Under the pieces are notes generated by a model, which did not search any database, was not told where the DNA came from, and was given only the letters and a program-made list of their open reading frames with translations. DNA of 64,000 nt from an uncultured Gammaproteobacteria bacterium (GTDB lineage: Bacteria; Patescibacteriota; Patescibacteriia; Magasanikbacterales; UBA922), in NCBI GenBank assembly GCA_964433095.1, contig CAYSPW010000003.1, positions 7,034 to 71,033 of the forward strand, read 5' to 3'. Positions within the stretch are counted from its first letter, which is position 1. Every line of letters starts with the position of its first letter. A program made the translations under genes and the position numbers. Below, in pieces: positions 46,264 through 55,979 of the stretch.

Positions 46264-46299
46264 AAAAACGGGTTTGAACACAAAAAGCCCGTTTTTTTT
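46264..46299 (+). terminator. Intrinsic terminator
   Basis: aaaaaacgggtt...agcccgtttttttt. Confidence 0.7.
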
Positions 46300-46365
46300 G
46301 TTGTTTTTAATACATAATTAAGATATAATGAGATAAATTTGACTTTAATTCTTATCAACGTATAT

Positions 46366-46800
46366 ATGAATTACAAAAGAGCAATTGTTTTTGGGTTGAT
46401 GTTGTGGTTGGCCATTTTTATCGTCCTTTCCTTATTAATGTTCATACCGGTATTAAAAGAAAGTAATTGGGCGGTGAATATCGTGTTTTGGATATTACTC
46501 GTGCCCATGGTTTTGCTGCTGTCCAAATGGTATTTTAAACAGGAGCCTCCGACCGTAAAAAAGGGATTAGTGCTGGGAATAATAGCGCTTTCGGTCAGTA
46601 TAGTCTTAGATATTCTGATCACCGTACCTTTTTTTGTGGGCTCATTCGCTGTTTTTTTTGGTGATTGGATGCTCTGGGCGGCTATGTTTGAAATACTGCT
46701 ATTGACCGTTTTTGCCGGCATGGAGTTTGACGCCACTTTCAGTAAAAAGGAGGGGACGGCGGTAGATATTGAAGATAAAAAAGTGGATAGCAAAATTTAA
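46366..46800 (+). CDS. Hypothetical four-TM membrane protein
   Basis: Hydrophobic segments; ATG at 46366. Confidence 0.75.
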   Translation: MNYKRAIVFGLMLWLAIFIVLSLLMFIPVLKESNWAVNIVFWILLVPMVLLLSKWYFKQEPPTVKKGLVLGIIALSVSIVLDILITVPFFVGSFAVFFGDWMLWAAMFEILLLTVFAGMEFDATFSKKEGTAVDIEDKKVDSKI

Positions 46801-46824
46801 ATTAATAAAAATAAACCAACCAAC

Positions 46825-46853
46825 TTGCTTTTTTTTTAAATTCAGGATATAAT
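46825..46853 (+). promoter_or_regulatory. Sigma70-type promoter
   Basis: TTGCTT-17 nt-TATAAT, followed by a roughly 100-nt leader. Confidence 0.6.
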
Positions 46854-46957
46854 TGCATCACTCAAATTGTTTGAGAAAAAACACGGGTGAAGTGCTTAAA
46901 AAAGTCTATTCATCTTGTGAAAAAAAGGTCGGTTAAATAAAAAAAAAGTTACAAACT

Positions 46958-47245
46958 ATGTCATATCAAGATGATAGACCAATGTTTCAGGTGGATATTG
47001 AATGCGGACAGTGTGGAAAAAAGATTTCCGAATTGCCGTTTGAGCCTTCCGGTGATAGACCGGTATACTGCTCGGATTGCCTGAAAGAGAGACGTGGTAA
47101 TCGCGACAACAGAGGAGAACGCAGGATGTTTACGGTTGATATTAATTGCGCGGATTGTGGTGCTCATATTTCACAGCTGCCGTTTGAACCACGTGGAGAC
47201 AGCCCTATTTATTGCTTTGAGTGCAACAAGAAAAGAAGAGGCTAA
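46958..47245 (+). CDS. Tandem CxxC-x17-CxxC zinc-ribbon protein
   Basis: Two repeats of MF.VDI.C..CG..IS.LPFEP.GD.P.YC..C. Confidence 0.9.
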   Translation: MSYQDDRPMFQVDIECGQCGKKISELPFEPSGDRPVYCSDCLKERRGNRDNRGERRMFTVDINCADCGAHISQLPFEPRGDSPIYCFECNKKRRG

Positions 47246-47256
47246 CAAAAAGGTCT

Positions 47257-47292
47257 AAAAAAACCCTTTTTTTTCGGACAAAGGGTTTTTTT
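47257..47292 (+). terminator. Intrinsic terminator
   Basis: aaaaaacccttt...aaagggttttttt. Confidence 0.65.
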
Positions 47293-47331
47293 ATTTGATT
47301 TTACTGAGAAATTTGAGTAATATAGCTTTGT

Positions 47332-48405
47332 ATGGCGCAAAAAAAAGAAAAAGTACTGGTAGCTCTCTCCGGCGGGGTTGATTCCTCGGTGGCAGCTTTT
47401 TTGTTGCTGCGGACCGGTTATCAGGTTAGTGCCGCCTTTATGGTTAATTATGAAGACAAAGCCGGTTGTTGGCGTCGGGATTACCGCGACGCTGTCCGGG
47501 TGGCGGCCAAACTGGGAATAGCAATCGTTAAATTTGATTTTAAAGAACAATACAAGCGATTTGTGCTTGATTATATGTATAATCAGTATGAAAAGGGAAA
47601 TACTCCCAATCCGGACGTGTTGTGTAATAAATTTATCAAATTCGGGGTGTGGTTGGAAAAGGCGCGCGAGCTTGGTTTTAATAAATTAAGCACCGGACAT
47701 TACGCCATAAATAATTTTGATAAAAATAGTAATTCATGGCAGCTGCAGATCGGCAAGGATAAGGAAAAGGATCAGACATATTTTTTACATCAATTGTCTC
47801 AACAGCAGCTCGCGCGTTCTTTATTTCCGATCGGACAATACAATAAAAAACAGGTTCGACAAATAGCCGCGGAAAACAATTTGCCCACCGCGGAAAAAAA
47901 AGAAAGCATGGGAATTTGTTTTGTGGGTAAGGTGTCAATGAAGAAGTTTTTATTGAAAAGGATTCTGCCAAAGCCGGGAAAAATTGTCTCCACCGATGGT
48001 AAGAAACTGGGCGAGCATATCGGACTTCCTTTTTATACGATAGGACAGCGTCATTTTGGCGTATCCGGTCTTGATGCCGACTCGGACGACAAGCCTTTGT
48101 ATGTTGTTGAAAAAAGAAAACGGAGCAACGAGCTTGTTGTCGGCCATGCTGATGATCCCAAGTTGTTTAAGAAGAAAATTGAAGTAGGCAAAGTAAACTG
48201 GATATCTGGACAGGAACCGGAATTTCCCGTAAAATGCGAGGTGAGACTGCGCCATGGTCAAAGTTTGCAAAAATGCGAGATCAGAAAAAATAAAGAAAAA
48301 ATATTGGTGGAATTTGATAAAACGCAAAAAGCGATCGCGCCAGGGCAGTTTGCGGTTTTTTACTTGGAACGGCAATGTGTGGGGGGAGGAACCATTCTGC
48401 CTTGA
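47332..48405 (+). CDS. mnmA: tRNA 2-thiouridine(34) synthase
   Basis: SGGVDS, PNPDVLCN, TGHYA, KDQTYFL, ESMGICF, PGQFAV. Confidence 0.97.
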   Translation: MAQKKEKVLVALSGGVDSSVAAFLLLRTGYQVSAAFMVNYEDKAGCWRRDYRDAVRVAAKLGIAIVKFDFKEQYKRFVLDYMYNQYEKGNTPNPDVLCNKFIKFGVWLEKARELGFNKLSTGHYAINNFDKNSNSWQLQIGKDKEKDQTYFLHQLSQQQLARSLFPIGQYNKKQVRQIAAENNLPTAEKKESMGICFVGKVSMKKFLLKRILPKPGKIVSTDGKKLGEHIGLPFYTIGQRHFGVSGLDADSDDKPLYVVEKRKRSNELVVGHADDPKLFKKKIEVGKVNWISGQEPEFPVKCEVRLRHGQSLQKCEIRKNKEKILVEFDKTQKAIAPGQFAVFYLERQCVGGGTILP

Positions 48406-48448
48406 ATAATTTTATAAACAATTTACTAACTACTGCAAAAAAAAGATT

Positions 48449-50272
48449 ATGAACACAATTGAATTGCGCAATAAATATTTAGAATTTTTCAAAAGCAAGA
48501 ATCATTCCGTTATTTTAAGCGCTTCTTTAATACCGGAAAATGATCCGACTGTTTTGTTTACCACCGCCGGCATGCATCCGCTGGTTCCGTATTTGATGGG
48601 AGAAAGTCATCCGGAAGGAGATAGACTTACTAACGTGCAAAAATGCGTCAGAACCGGTGATATTGACGAGGTGGGGGATGGTAGTCATCTCACTTTTTTT
48701 GAGATGCTCGGTAACTGGTCTTTGGGTGACTATTTTAAACGTGAAGCGATAAAATGGAGTTTTGAGTTTTTAACCGGTGAAAATTGGCTCGGAATTGACA
48801 AAAAAAAATTGGCCGTGTCCGTGTTTGCCGGAGATAAAGATGCGCCGCGTGATGATGAATCGGCCATTATTTGGCATTCATTGGGTATTGCAAAGCATAA
48901 AATAGCCTATCTACCCAAAAAAGAAAATTGGTGGGGTCCGGCCGGGGAAATCGGTCCGTGCGGTCCTGATACGGAAATGTTTTACTGGGTGGGTGAGGCA
49001 CAATACCCGAGTGAACAAAGCGACCCGGGTAACGATCCGGACAATTGGCTGGAAATTTGGAACGACGTTTTTATGCAATATTTTAAACAAAAAGACGGCA
49101 GTTATACCGCTTTGGAGCAGAAAAATGTTGATACCGGCATGGGGTTGGAGAGAGCGGTGGCGATTTTGAATGGATTTGACGATGTATATAAAGTTGATAC
49201 ATTGTGGCCTGTTGTCAATCAGATTGAAAACTTATCCGGCCGTAAGTATTTACAAGATGAATCCACCACCAGATCAATCAGAATTATTTCCGATCATATC
49301 AGAGCGGCGGTTATGATCATGGGAGACAATCAAGGTATCGTGCCAAGTAATGTGGATCAAGGTTATGTAGTGAGAAAATTAATCAGGCGCGCGATCAGGC
49401 ATGGTAGAATTTTGGGAATAGATGATGAGTTTTGTTCGGATTTGGCTCAGAAAGTGATTGGGATATTTGCACAGGTTTATGGCGAGGTGGAGAAAAACAA
49501 GGATTTTGTATTGGCGCACATGAAGGAGGAAGAGGGTAAATTTCGCAAAACTCTGGAGCAAGGAATCAAGAGATTCAATCGGTTGGTTATTGGTAAAAAA
49601 GAGGGCGATCTAATAATGGGCGCTGATGCTTTTGATTTGTACCAGACTTACGGTTTTCCTTTGGAAATGACCATGGAATTGGCCGCGGAGAAGCGAATGA
49701 AAGTTGATGAAAAAGAATACGCGAACAAAATGAGCCATCATCAAGAATTGTCTCGCGAAGGCGCCGAGCAAAAATTCAAAGGCGGCTTGGCCGACCAGCA
49801 AGAAGAAACCAAAAAATTGCATACCGTTACTCATCTTTTGCACTCGGCTCTGCGTAAAGTTTTAGGTAGTCATGTGGAGCAAAAAGGCTCCAACATTACA
49901 GCCGACAGATTAAGATTTGATTTTTCACATCCGGGAAAACTGTCTAACCAAGAAAAACAACGGGTTGAGGATTTGGTAAACGCCGCCATTGAAAAAGATT
50001 ACCCTATTACCTGTGAACAAATGTCGGTGGATGAAGCTAAAAAACAAGGGGCCATCGGTTTGTTTGCGGACAAGTACGGAGCACAAGTCAAGGTTTATTC
50101 CATCGGCGATCCGGAGGGTATTCCTAACGCGGATCCGACCTCGCAAACTTTCAGCAAAGAAATCTGCGGCGGTCCGCATGTAGAGAGAACCGGAGAATTA
50201 GGCAGGTTCAAGATAAAAAAGGAACAATCAAGCAGTGCCGGGATTAGGAGGATAAAGGCGGTGCTGGAATAA
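48449..50272 (+). CDS. alaS: Alanine--tRNA ligase, short form without the C-Ala domain
   Basis: LFTTAGM, HLTFFEMLGN, VDTGMGLER, HTVTH, ICGGPH, AGIRRIKA at the extreme C-terminus. Confidence 0.97.
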   Translation: MNTIELRNKYLEFFKSKNHSVILSASLIPENDPTVLFTTAGMHPLVPYLMGESHPEGDRLTNVQKCVRTGDIDEVGDGSHLTFFEMLGNWSLGDYFKREAIKWSFEFLTGENWLGIDKKKLAVSVFAGDKDAPRDDESAIIWHSLGIAKHKIAYLPKKENWWGPAGEIGPCGPDTEMFYWVGEAQYPSEQSDPGNDPDNWLEIWNDVFMQYFKQKDGSYTALEQKNVDTGMGLERAVAILNGFDDVYKVDTLWPVVNQIENLSGRKYLQDESTTRSIRIISDHIRAAVMIMGDNQGIVPSNVDQGYVVRKLIRRAIRHGRILGIDDEFCSDLAQKVIGIFAQVYGEVEKNKDFVLAHMKEEEGKFRKTLEQGIKRFNRLVIGKKEGDLIMGADAFDLYQTYGFPLEMTMELAAEKRMKVDEKEYANKMSHHQELSREGAEQKFKGGLADQQEETKKLHTVTHLLHSALRKVLGSHVEQKGSNITADRLRFDFSHPGKLSNQEKQRVEDLVNAAIEKDYPITCEQMSVDEAKKQGAIGLFADKYGAQVKVYSIGDPEGIPNADPTSQTFSKEICGGPHVERTGELGRFKIKKEQSSSAGIRRIKAVLE

Positions 50273-50440
50273 CGATTATTTCAAAATAGTAGATTTATAC
50301 AAAATTAACTTTAAATCGGAACAATTTAATGATATAATTGTTGATAACTTGGTATGTGTTCATTACGGATTAATGTATTTCAAAGAAAATAGCTTGTTTT
50401 TAGCTAAATTATTTAAATCAACCAGCCTGGTAAGTTAGAC

Positions 50441-50469
50441 TTGACAAGTTTGGCGATATAAAGTAAAAT
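50441..50469 (+). promoter_or_regulatory. Sigma70-type promoter of the infA-alpha operon
   Basis: TTGACA-17 nt-TAAAAT. Confidence 0.7.
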
Positions 50470-50496
50470 ATGGCCAGGTTAAAAAAGAAATTGACA

Positions 50497-50715
50497 ATGG
50501 CAAAAAATAAAGATGTCGTGGAGGTTCGAGGCACGATTGAAGAATTGTTGCCCGGCGCCACTTTTCGGGTAAGACTGGAAAATGAACATGAAATAATTGC
50601 TCATTTATCCGGAAAAATGAGAATGTACAGAATAAGATTGGGAGTGGGCGATGAAGTGAAGGTGGAAATGACACCATATGATCTTACCAAAGGCAGAATT
50701 ACATATAGATTTTAA
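50497..50715 (+). CDS. infA: Translation initiation factor IF-1
   Basis: AHLSGKMR...[21 protein letters not shown]; ATG at 50497. Confidence 0.97.
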   Translation: MAKNKDVVEVRGTIEELLPGATFRVRLENEHEIIAHLSGKMRMYRIRLGVGDEVKVEMTPYDLTKGRITYRF

Positions 50716-50719
50716 AAAA

Positions 50720-50808
50720 ATATCAGCCAGTGCGGTGTAGCATTTCTCTGTGAAGGGGCCGTTATGTCATTAGAGAAAGCATGGATATCGCGGCAGTGGT
50801 TGGTATTT
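50720..50808 (+). other. Long intergenic RNA hairpin, candidate cis-regulatory element
   Basis: Nested pairings atatcagcca/tggttggtat, gcggtgt/atatcgc, tttctct/agagaaa with G-U pairs. Confidence 0.45.
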
Positions 50809-50827
50809 TTGTTTTCAGTAAATAAAT

Positions 50828-50965
50828 ATGAAAGTGCAGTCTTCAGTGAAAAAAAGATGTGCCAAATGCAAAGTAGTCAGACGTCGTGGCGTTATTTATA
50901 TTATCTGTGATAACCCCAGGCATAAGCAAAGACAGGGTACGAAAATAAGGAAAAAAGCCGCGTAA
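50828..50965 (+). CDS. rpmJ: 50S ribosomal protein L36 (45 aa, not in the ORF track)
   Basis: Manual translation [45 protein letters not shown]. Confidence 0.95.
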   Translation: MKVQSSVKKRCAKCKVVRRRGVIYIICDNPRHKQRQGTKIRKKAA

Positions 50966-50977
50966 ATAATAATAAAT

Positions 50978-51364
50978 ATGAGAGTATCAGGAGTTACACT
51001 ACCAAAGGAAAAAAGAGCTGTCATTGGATTGACATATATTTTTGGTATCGGCCTATCACGCTCAAAGCAAATTTTAAAGCAGGCCAGTATTGACGCAAGC
51101 ACCAGAATTAAGGATTTGACACAAGACCAAGAAGACGCCATTAGGCGCATAATTGAGAAGAATTACAAGACAGAGGGAGATTTGAGGAGAGATGTCGCCG
51201 GTAACATAAAGAGATTGAAAGATATCAAAAGCTATCGCGGCATCCGGCATATTAAAAAATTGCCAGTACGCGGACAGCGAACTAAAACCAACAATCGGAC
51301 GCTGAGAGGTAATAAACGAAATAAAGCAACAAGTGGAAAGAAGCTGACCGCGCAAAAGACGTAA
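50978..51364 (+). CDS. rpsM: 30S ribosomal protein S13
   Basis: [26 protein letters not shown]. Confidence 0.98.
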   Translation: MRVSGVTLPKEKRAVIGLTYIFGIGLSRSKQILKQASIDASTRIKDLTQDQEDAIRRIIEKNYKTEGDLRRDVAGNIKRLKDIKSYRGIRHIKKLPVRGQRTKTNNRTLRGNKRNKATSGKKLTAQKT

Positions 51365-51384
51365 TATAGTGAAAATAATATTTT

Positions 51385-51780
51385 ATGGCTAAGAAAGGCA
51401 AAACAATCAGAAAAAAAAAGAAAGTAACAAAGCAAGTGCCGCACGGACACGCATATATTCAGGCAACTTTTAATAACACCATAGTATCGGTAACCGACCA
51501 AAACGGAGATGTATTGGGTTGGTCAAGTGCCGGATTGGTAGGTTTTAAAGGACCAAAGAAAGCCACACCGTACGCGGCTAGTCAGGTGGTTAAAAGATTG
51601 GTTGATAATATTAAGCCTTACAATGTAAAAGAAGTTAATATTTTTGTAAAAGGGATCGGTGGGGGTCGTGAATCGGCCATTCGTGCTTTTAACGCCAACG
51701 GCATTCAGGTTTTATCTATAAAAGACGTTACTCCGATACCGCACAACGGGTGTCGGCCTCCAAAGAGGAGAAGAGTTTAA
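51385..51780 (+). CDS. rpsK: 30S ribosomal protein S11
   Basis: ATFNNTIV, TPYAA, DVTPIPHNGCRPPKRRRV. Confidence 0.98.
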   Translation: MAKKGKTIRKKKKVTKQVPHGHAYIQATFNNTIVSVTDQNGDVLGWSSAGLVGFKGPKKATPYAASQVVKRLVDNIKPYNVKEVNIFVKGIGGGRESAIRAFNANGIQVLSIKDVTPIPHNGCRPPKRRRV

Positions 51781-51815
51781 TTAATAAGGAAAACTGTTTT
51801 TACGAAAAAAAAGAT

Positions 51816-52439
51816 ATGGGAAGATACATCGGACCAAAAAATAAAATCGCCAGAAGATTCGGAGTCAATCTGGGATTGAAGATCAATCCGGCCAAAGTGG
51901 CCAGGCGCTTAAACCAATCGCCCGGAGTACAGGGAAAAAGTCGGCGGCGCAGATCAACATCAAGTTATGGTAAGCAGCTTTTGGAAAAACAAAAAGCTAA
52001 ATTTACGTATGGATTGAGAGAGCGGCAGCTGCGCCGATATGTAAATGAAGCCAATCGGCTGGAAGGCGATTCCGGATTGAATTTGCAGCGCATTTTGGAG
52101 ATGCGCTTGGATAATGTGGTTTACAGATTGGGTTTTGCTGATACAAGGGCGCAAGCCAGGCAATTTGTTAGCCATGGCATGTTTACTTTGAATAACAAAA
52201 AGATGAATATACCGTCTCATATCACCAGAACCCATGACGTGATTGCGTTGCGTGAAAATAAAACAAAAAAAACGATTTTTGTGGATATCAGTGATAAATT
52301 AGCACAAGTCGAGACCCCATCATGGCTCAGTCTTGATCCGCGGTCTAAATCCGGAAAAGTACTGCATGCGCCCACTGCTGATGATTTCGATAAAATATTT
52401 GACGTAAAATTAATAATTGAATATTACTCCTCGCGTTAA
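51816..52439 (+). CDS. rpsD: 30S ribosomal protein S4
   Basis: MGRYIGP start at 51816; EKQKAK..YG, LEMRLDNVVYRLG, IIEYYSSR. Confidence 0.97.
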   Translation: MGRYIGPKNKIARRFGVNLGLKINPAKVARRLNQSPGVQGKSRRRRSTSSYGKQLLEKQKAKFTYGLRERQLRRYVNEANRLEGDSGLNLQRILEMRLDNVVYRLGFADTRAQARQFVSHGMFTLNNKKMNIPSHITRTHDVIALRENKTKKTIFVDISDKLAQVETPSWLSLDPRSKSGKVLHAPTADDFDKIFDVKLIIEYYSSR

Positions 52440-52474
52440 TTAAAGGAGGAAGCAACCTCGTAAATCTATATTAT

Positions 52475-53293
52475 ATGGAAAATATTCTATTACCAAGCAC
52501 AATTGAATTCAGCGATGGAGACGAAGCCAATATGGGCAAGGTAGTGGTTACCCCCTGTCATCAGGGATATGGAACTACTCTTGGTAATGCCTTGCGCCGA
52601 GTATTGCTATCTTCTCTCCCCGGCGCGGCAATAGAGTCGGTTAACATAAAAGGCGTGCAGCATGAATTTTCCGCGATTGAAGGTGTACTCGAAGACGTGG
52701 TGCAGATAATTTTAAATCTCAAGCAGGTAGCACTCCGCTGTCATTCTGACGAGTCGGTAACGTTAACCTTAAGCAAAAAGAAAAAAGGCGACGTGTTAGC
52801 CGGAGATTTTGAAAAAAATGCCGATGTGGATATTATTAATCCGGATCATAAAATAGCTACTTTGACTGCGGATATGGATTTTGAAATGGAAGTCAGTGTA
52901 GGTAAAGGAAGAGGCTATGTGCCGGTGTCAGAAAAGGAAATCAGTGATTTGGATTTGGGGACCATAGCCATTGATTCGATCTATACTCCGATTAAAGACA
53001 TTGGATATAATGTGGAGCTGACCCGTGTCGGAGATGTCACTGATTATGAAAAGTTGACTATCACTATTGAAACCAACGGTACTATCACGCCCAAAGAAGC
53101 GGTCGCTCAGGCTACACAGATTTTGATGGATCATTTTGTATTAATTCTGGAAGCGGCCGAGAATAGTAACAAAACGGCGAAAAAAGAAAAAAAAGAGAAC
53201 GGAGAAAATTCAGATGAATCCGACGAGGTAATGTCTGATGAAGAGCAAAGCAAAAACGCGGCGGAAGAGGGTTCGGAAGATGAAAAGAAATAA
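52475..53293 (+). CDS. rpoA: RNA polymerase alpha subunit lacking the alpha-CTD
   Basis: GYGTTLGNALRRVLLSSLPG, HEFS, GRGYV; ends in an acidic low-complexity tail. Confidence 0.95.
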   Translation: MENILLPSTIEFSDGDEANMGKVVVTPCHQGYGTTLGNALRRVLLSSLPGAAIESVNIKGVQHEFSAIEGVLEDVVQIILNLKQVALRCHSDESVTLTLSKKKKGDVLAGDFEKNADVDIINPDHKIATLTADMDFEMEVSVGKGRGYVPVSEKEISDLDLGTIAIDSIYTPIKDIGYNVELTRVGDVTDYEKLTITIETNGTITPKEAVAQATQILMDHFVLILEAAENSNKTAKKEKKENGENSDESDEVMSDEEQSKNAAEEGSEDEKK

Positions 53294-53312
53294 ATAGGCG
53301 TTTAAATAATAT

Positions 53313-53663
53313 ATGAGACACAGAAACAAAAAAAATATATTGGGTAGAGAAAAAGCGTCTCGGGAAGCAATGATGAGAAATTTGGCTGAATCTTTGATTT
53401 TACACGAATCAATTGAGACTACTTTGGCCAAAGCCAAGGCGTTGCGTGCCACGGTGGAGCCATTAATCACCAAAGCCAAAAACGACAATTTGAACAGCAG
53501 ACGCCAAATCAAAAAAATTCTTTTTACCAACCAGGTTCAGGCTAAATTAATAAAGGAAGTTGCCCCTCGCTATAAAAACAGAAACGGTGGTTACACGCGG
53601 ATAATAAAATTAGGCTACCGGCAGAATGATTCCGCAGCCATGGCTAAAATTGAGTTGGTCTAA
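53313..53663 (+). CDS. rplQ: 50S ribosomal protein L17
   Basis: MRHR...TTLAKAK...RNGGYTRI. Confidence 0.97.
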   Translation: MRHRNKKNILGREKASREAMMRNLAESLILHESIETTLAKAKALRATVEPLITKAKNDNLNSRRQIKKILFTNQVQAKLIKEVAPRYKNRNGGYTRIIKLGYRQNDSAAMAKIELV

Positions 53664-53672
53664 TACTGTAAT

Positions 53673-54038
53673 ATGAATGACAAAAAAATATTTAGAAAAA
53701 AACATGAAATTGATGCCGGTGGTAAAACCGTCGGGCGAACAGCCACTCGTGTCGTTACTTTGTTGATGGGAAAAAATAAAGCCAATTACGCACCCCAGAT
53801 CGATGCCGGCGATTATGTAACGGTAGTGAACGCGTCCAAGCTTAAATTTACCGGAAAAAAATTAGAGCAAAAAGATTATTATCATCATACTCAATATCCG
53901 GGCGGACTGCGTCGAACACCGATGAAAAAAGTGTTTGAAAACAAACCGGAAAAAGTGATAGAACACGCCGTATTCCGCATGTTGCCCAAAAACAAACTGA
54001 GAAAGGAGAGAATGAAAAGATTAACTGTCAAGCCATAA
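53673..54038 (+). CDS. rplM: 50S ribosomal protein L13
   Basis: IDA...GR.AT...L.GKNK, GDYV.VVNA, HTQYPGG, MLPKN. Confidence 0.96.
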   Translation: MNDKKIFRKKHEIDAGGKTVGRTATRVVTLLMGKNKANYAPQIDAGDYVTVVNASKLKFTGKKLEQKDYYHHTQYPGGLRRTPMKKVFENKPEKVIEHAVFRMLPKNKLRKERMKRLTVKP

Positions 54039-54060
54039 TTGATTTTTTGACCAATATACT

Positions 54061-54462
54061 ATGACCAATTCAGCTACAAGCAAAGAAAGATCTATCGGCC
54101 GCAGAAAAGAAGCCTCGGCCAGAGTTCGGTTGGAAAAAGGTAAAGGAGAAATTTTAATTAATAGCAAGCCGGTGGTTGAGTATTTTCCGATTTCTTTTTG
54201 GCGCGACAAAGTTTTGTCTCCGTTGAAGGCGATCGGCCAGGAAAATGATTTTGATATCACCGTTAAAGTAACCGGTGGAGGAGTAAACGGTCAAGCTGAA
54301 GCGGTGCGTCACGGTATCGCCAGGGCTTTGGTTAAATGGAATCAGGATTTGAAACCAATTTTAAAAGCCGAAGGATTTTTAACCAGAGATCCTAGGTCAA
54401 AAGAAAGGAAAAAGTACGGCTTGCATAAGGCTAGGCGCGCTCATCAGTGGAAGAAAAGATAA
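54061..54462 (+). CDS. rpsI: 30S ribosomal protein S9
   Basis: GRRKEASARV, GGGVNGQAEA.RHG, LTRDPRSKERKKYG. Confidence 0.97.
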   Translation: MTNSATSKERSIGRRKEASARVRLEKGKGEILINSKPVVEYFPISFWRDKVLSPLKAIGQENDFDITVKVTGGGVNGQAEAVRHGIARALVKWNQDLKPILKAEGFLTRDPRSKERKKYGLHKARRAHQWKKR

Positions 54463-54472
54463 CATTATTTAT

Positions 54473-54500
54473 AAAATCGGTCCTAACGGCCGATTTTTTT
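54473..54500 (+). terminator. Intrinsic terminator of the ribosomal protein operon
   Basis: aaaatcggtc-ctaac-ggccgattttttt. Confidence 0.75.
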
Positions 54501-54544
54501 AATGTTTGTATTTCAAAACATTTTAGCGTAAAATACACTTTAAT

Positions 54545-55978
54545 ATGACTAACAGGATAGCCAAAAACACCGCCTTTATGACAGCAGCATCCATCGGACA
54601 GAAACTGATTTCTTTTGCTTATTTCGCTTTGGTGGCCCGCATGATAGGAGCTGAAGGGATGGGCAAATACTTTCTGGCTCTTTCTTTTACCACCATTTTT
54701 GTGGTGTTTGTTGATTTGGGTTTTAGCAACGTATTGGTAAGAGAAGCGGCCAAATCCAGGGATAAGGCGCAAGAATTTTTTTCCAATGTACTGGCCGCAA
54801 AAGTTGGTTTTGGTATTCTTTCTTATGCCAGCTTGGTATTAGTGGTTAATCTGCTTGATTATTCGTCTGAACTGAAAAATTTAATTTATCTTTCCGGAGT
54901 AACCATGCTGCTAGACTCTCTGCATCTTAGCGCCTATTCAGTATTTAGGGCTTTGGGTAATTTGAAATATGAAGCAATCGGCGTGATCTGTTCACAGCTG
55001 TTAACAGTGACGCTGGGTAGTATTTTTTTATTGTTACGTTTGCCATTAATATTCCTTATTTTTGCTTTTACAATATCTTCATTTGTCAATGTTTGTTTTT
55101 CTTCCTTTTTTTTGTATGTTAAGTACGAAATTAAGTTAGTGCCGGCGTTCAACCGCCAAATTTTGATTTATTTGGGAAAAATTGCCGTTCCTTTCGGCCT
55201 GGCATCCATATTTGCCCGAGTTTATACATATATTGATTCCATCTTGCTTTCCAAGATGGCCGGAGAGGTGGCGGTGGGTTGGTATTCCATTCCACATAAG
55301 ATTGTGCAGGCTTTTTTGTTTATACCCGGGTCATTGGTGGCGGTGCTTTATCCACGCTTCAGTGAATTATTTGTGGCCGATAAAAAGAAACTTGCATATA
55401 TTTTTGAACGTGGTTTGAAGTATTTACTGCTAATAGCTTTTCCCATTGCTCTGGGTATTGGAATATTAGCCGAGGATATCATCCTATCGCTGTTTGGGGA
55501 TCAGTATGTAAACTCAGTATTGCCGCTTCAGATATTATTGATCGGTCTGCTGTTTTCTTTTTGTTCTTATCTGACAGGAGCTTTTTTGAACGCTTGTAAT
55601 CGGCAAGTGGCGCAGACAGTTATCGCCGCATTTGTGATGATCGTAAATATTTTTCTAAATTTGCTACTGATACCGCGATACGGCATAACGGGCGCGGCAG
55701 TAGCGGCAGTACTAAGCAACGTAATACTGGTACTGTTCGGATATAGTTTGATACCCAACATTATCAAAATTTCTCATGTGTATGTGTTGAAAAATATTTT
55801 GAGATTAACTATAGCATCGCTGTTGATGGGAACGATAGTGTGGTGGATTAATATGTATTTTACCTTTATGGTGGCGATAGCGGCCGGTATGGTAAGTTAT
55901 CCGGCACTATTGTATTTTAGCGGCGCCATCAGCCCCAATCAATTAAAAGAAGCGGTCACTATATTTTTACGTCGGTAA
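54545..55978 (+). CDS. Wzx/MOP-family flippase
   Basis: IAKNT, DLGF, IDSILL, VGWYS, LIPRYGITGAA; about 14 TM segments. Confidence 0.9.
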   Translation: MTNRIAKNTAFMTAASIGQKLISFAYFALVARMIGAEGMGKYFLALSFTTIFVVFVDLGFSNVLVREAAKSRDKAQEFFSNVLAAKVGFGILSYASLVLVVNLLDYSSELKNLIYLSGVTMLLDSLHLSAYSVFRALGNLKYEAIGVICSQLLTVTLGSIFLLLRLPLIFLIFAFTISSFVNVCFSSFFLYVKYEIKLVPAFNRQILIYLGKIAVPFGLASIFARVYTYIDSILLSKMAGEVAVGWYSIPHKIVQAFLFIPGSLVAVLYPRFSELFVADKKKLAYIFERGLKYLLLIAFPIALGIGILAEDIILSLFGDQYVNSVLPLQILLIGLLFSFCSYLTGAFLNACNRQVAQTVIAAFVMIVNIFLNLLLIPRYGITGAAVAAVLSNVILVLFGYSLIPNIIKISHVYVLKNILRLTIASLLMGTIVWWINMYFTFMVAIAAGMVSYPALLYFSGAISPNQLKEAVTIFLRR

Positions 55979-55979
55979 T

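Noticed and set aside
52443-52460. AAGGAGG upstream of rpoA as a core-gene SD
   Set aside because: About 25 nt from the ATG and folded into a GAGG/CCTC hairpin, so unlikely to be a functional SD
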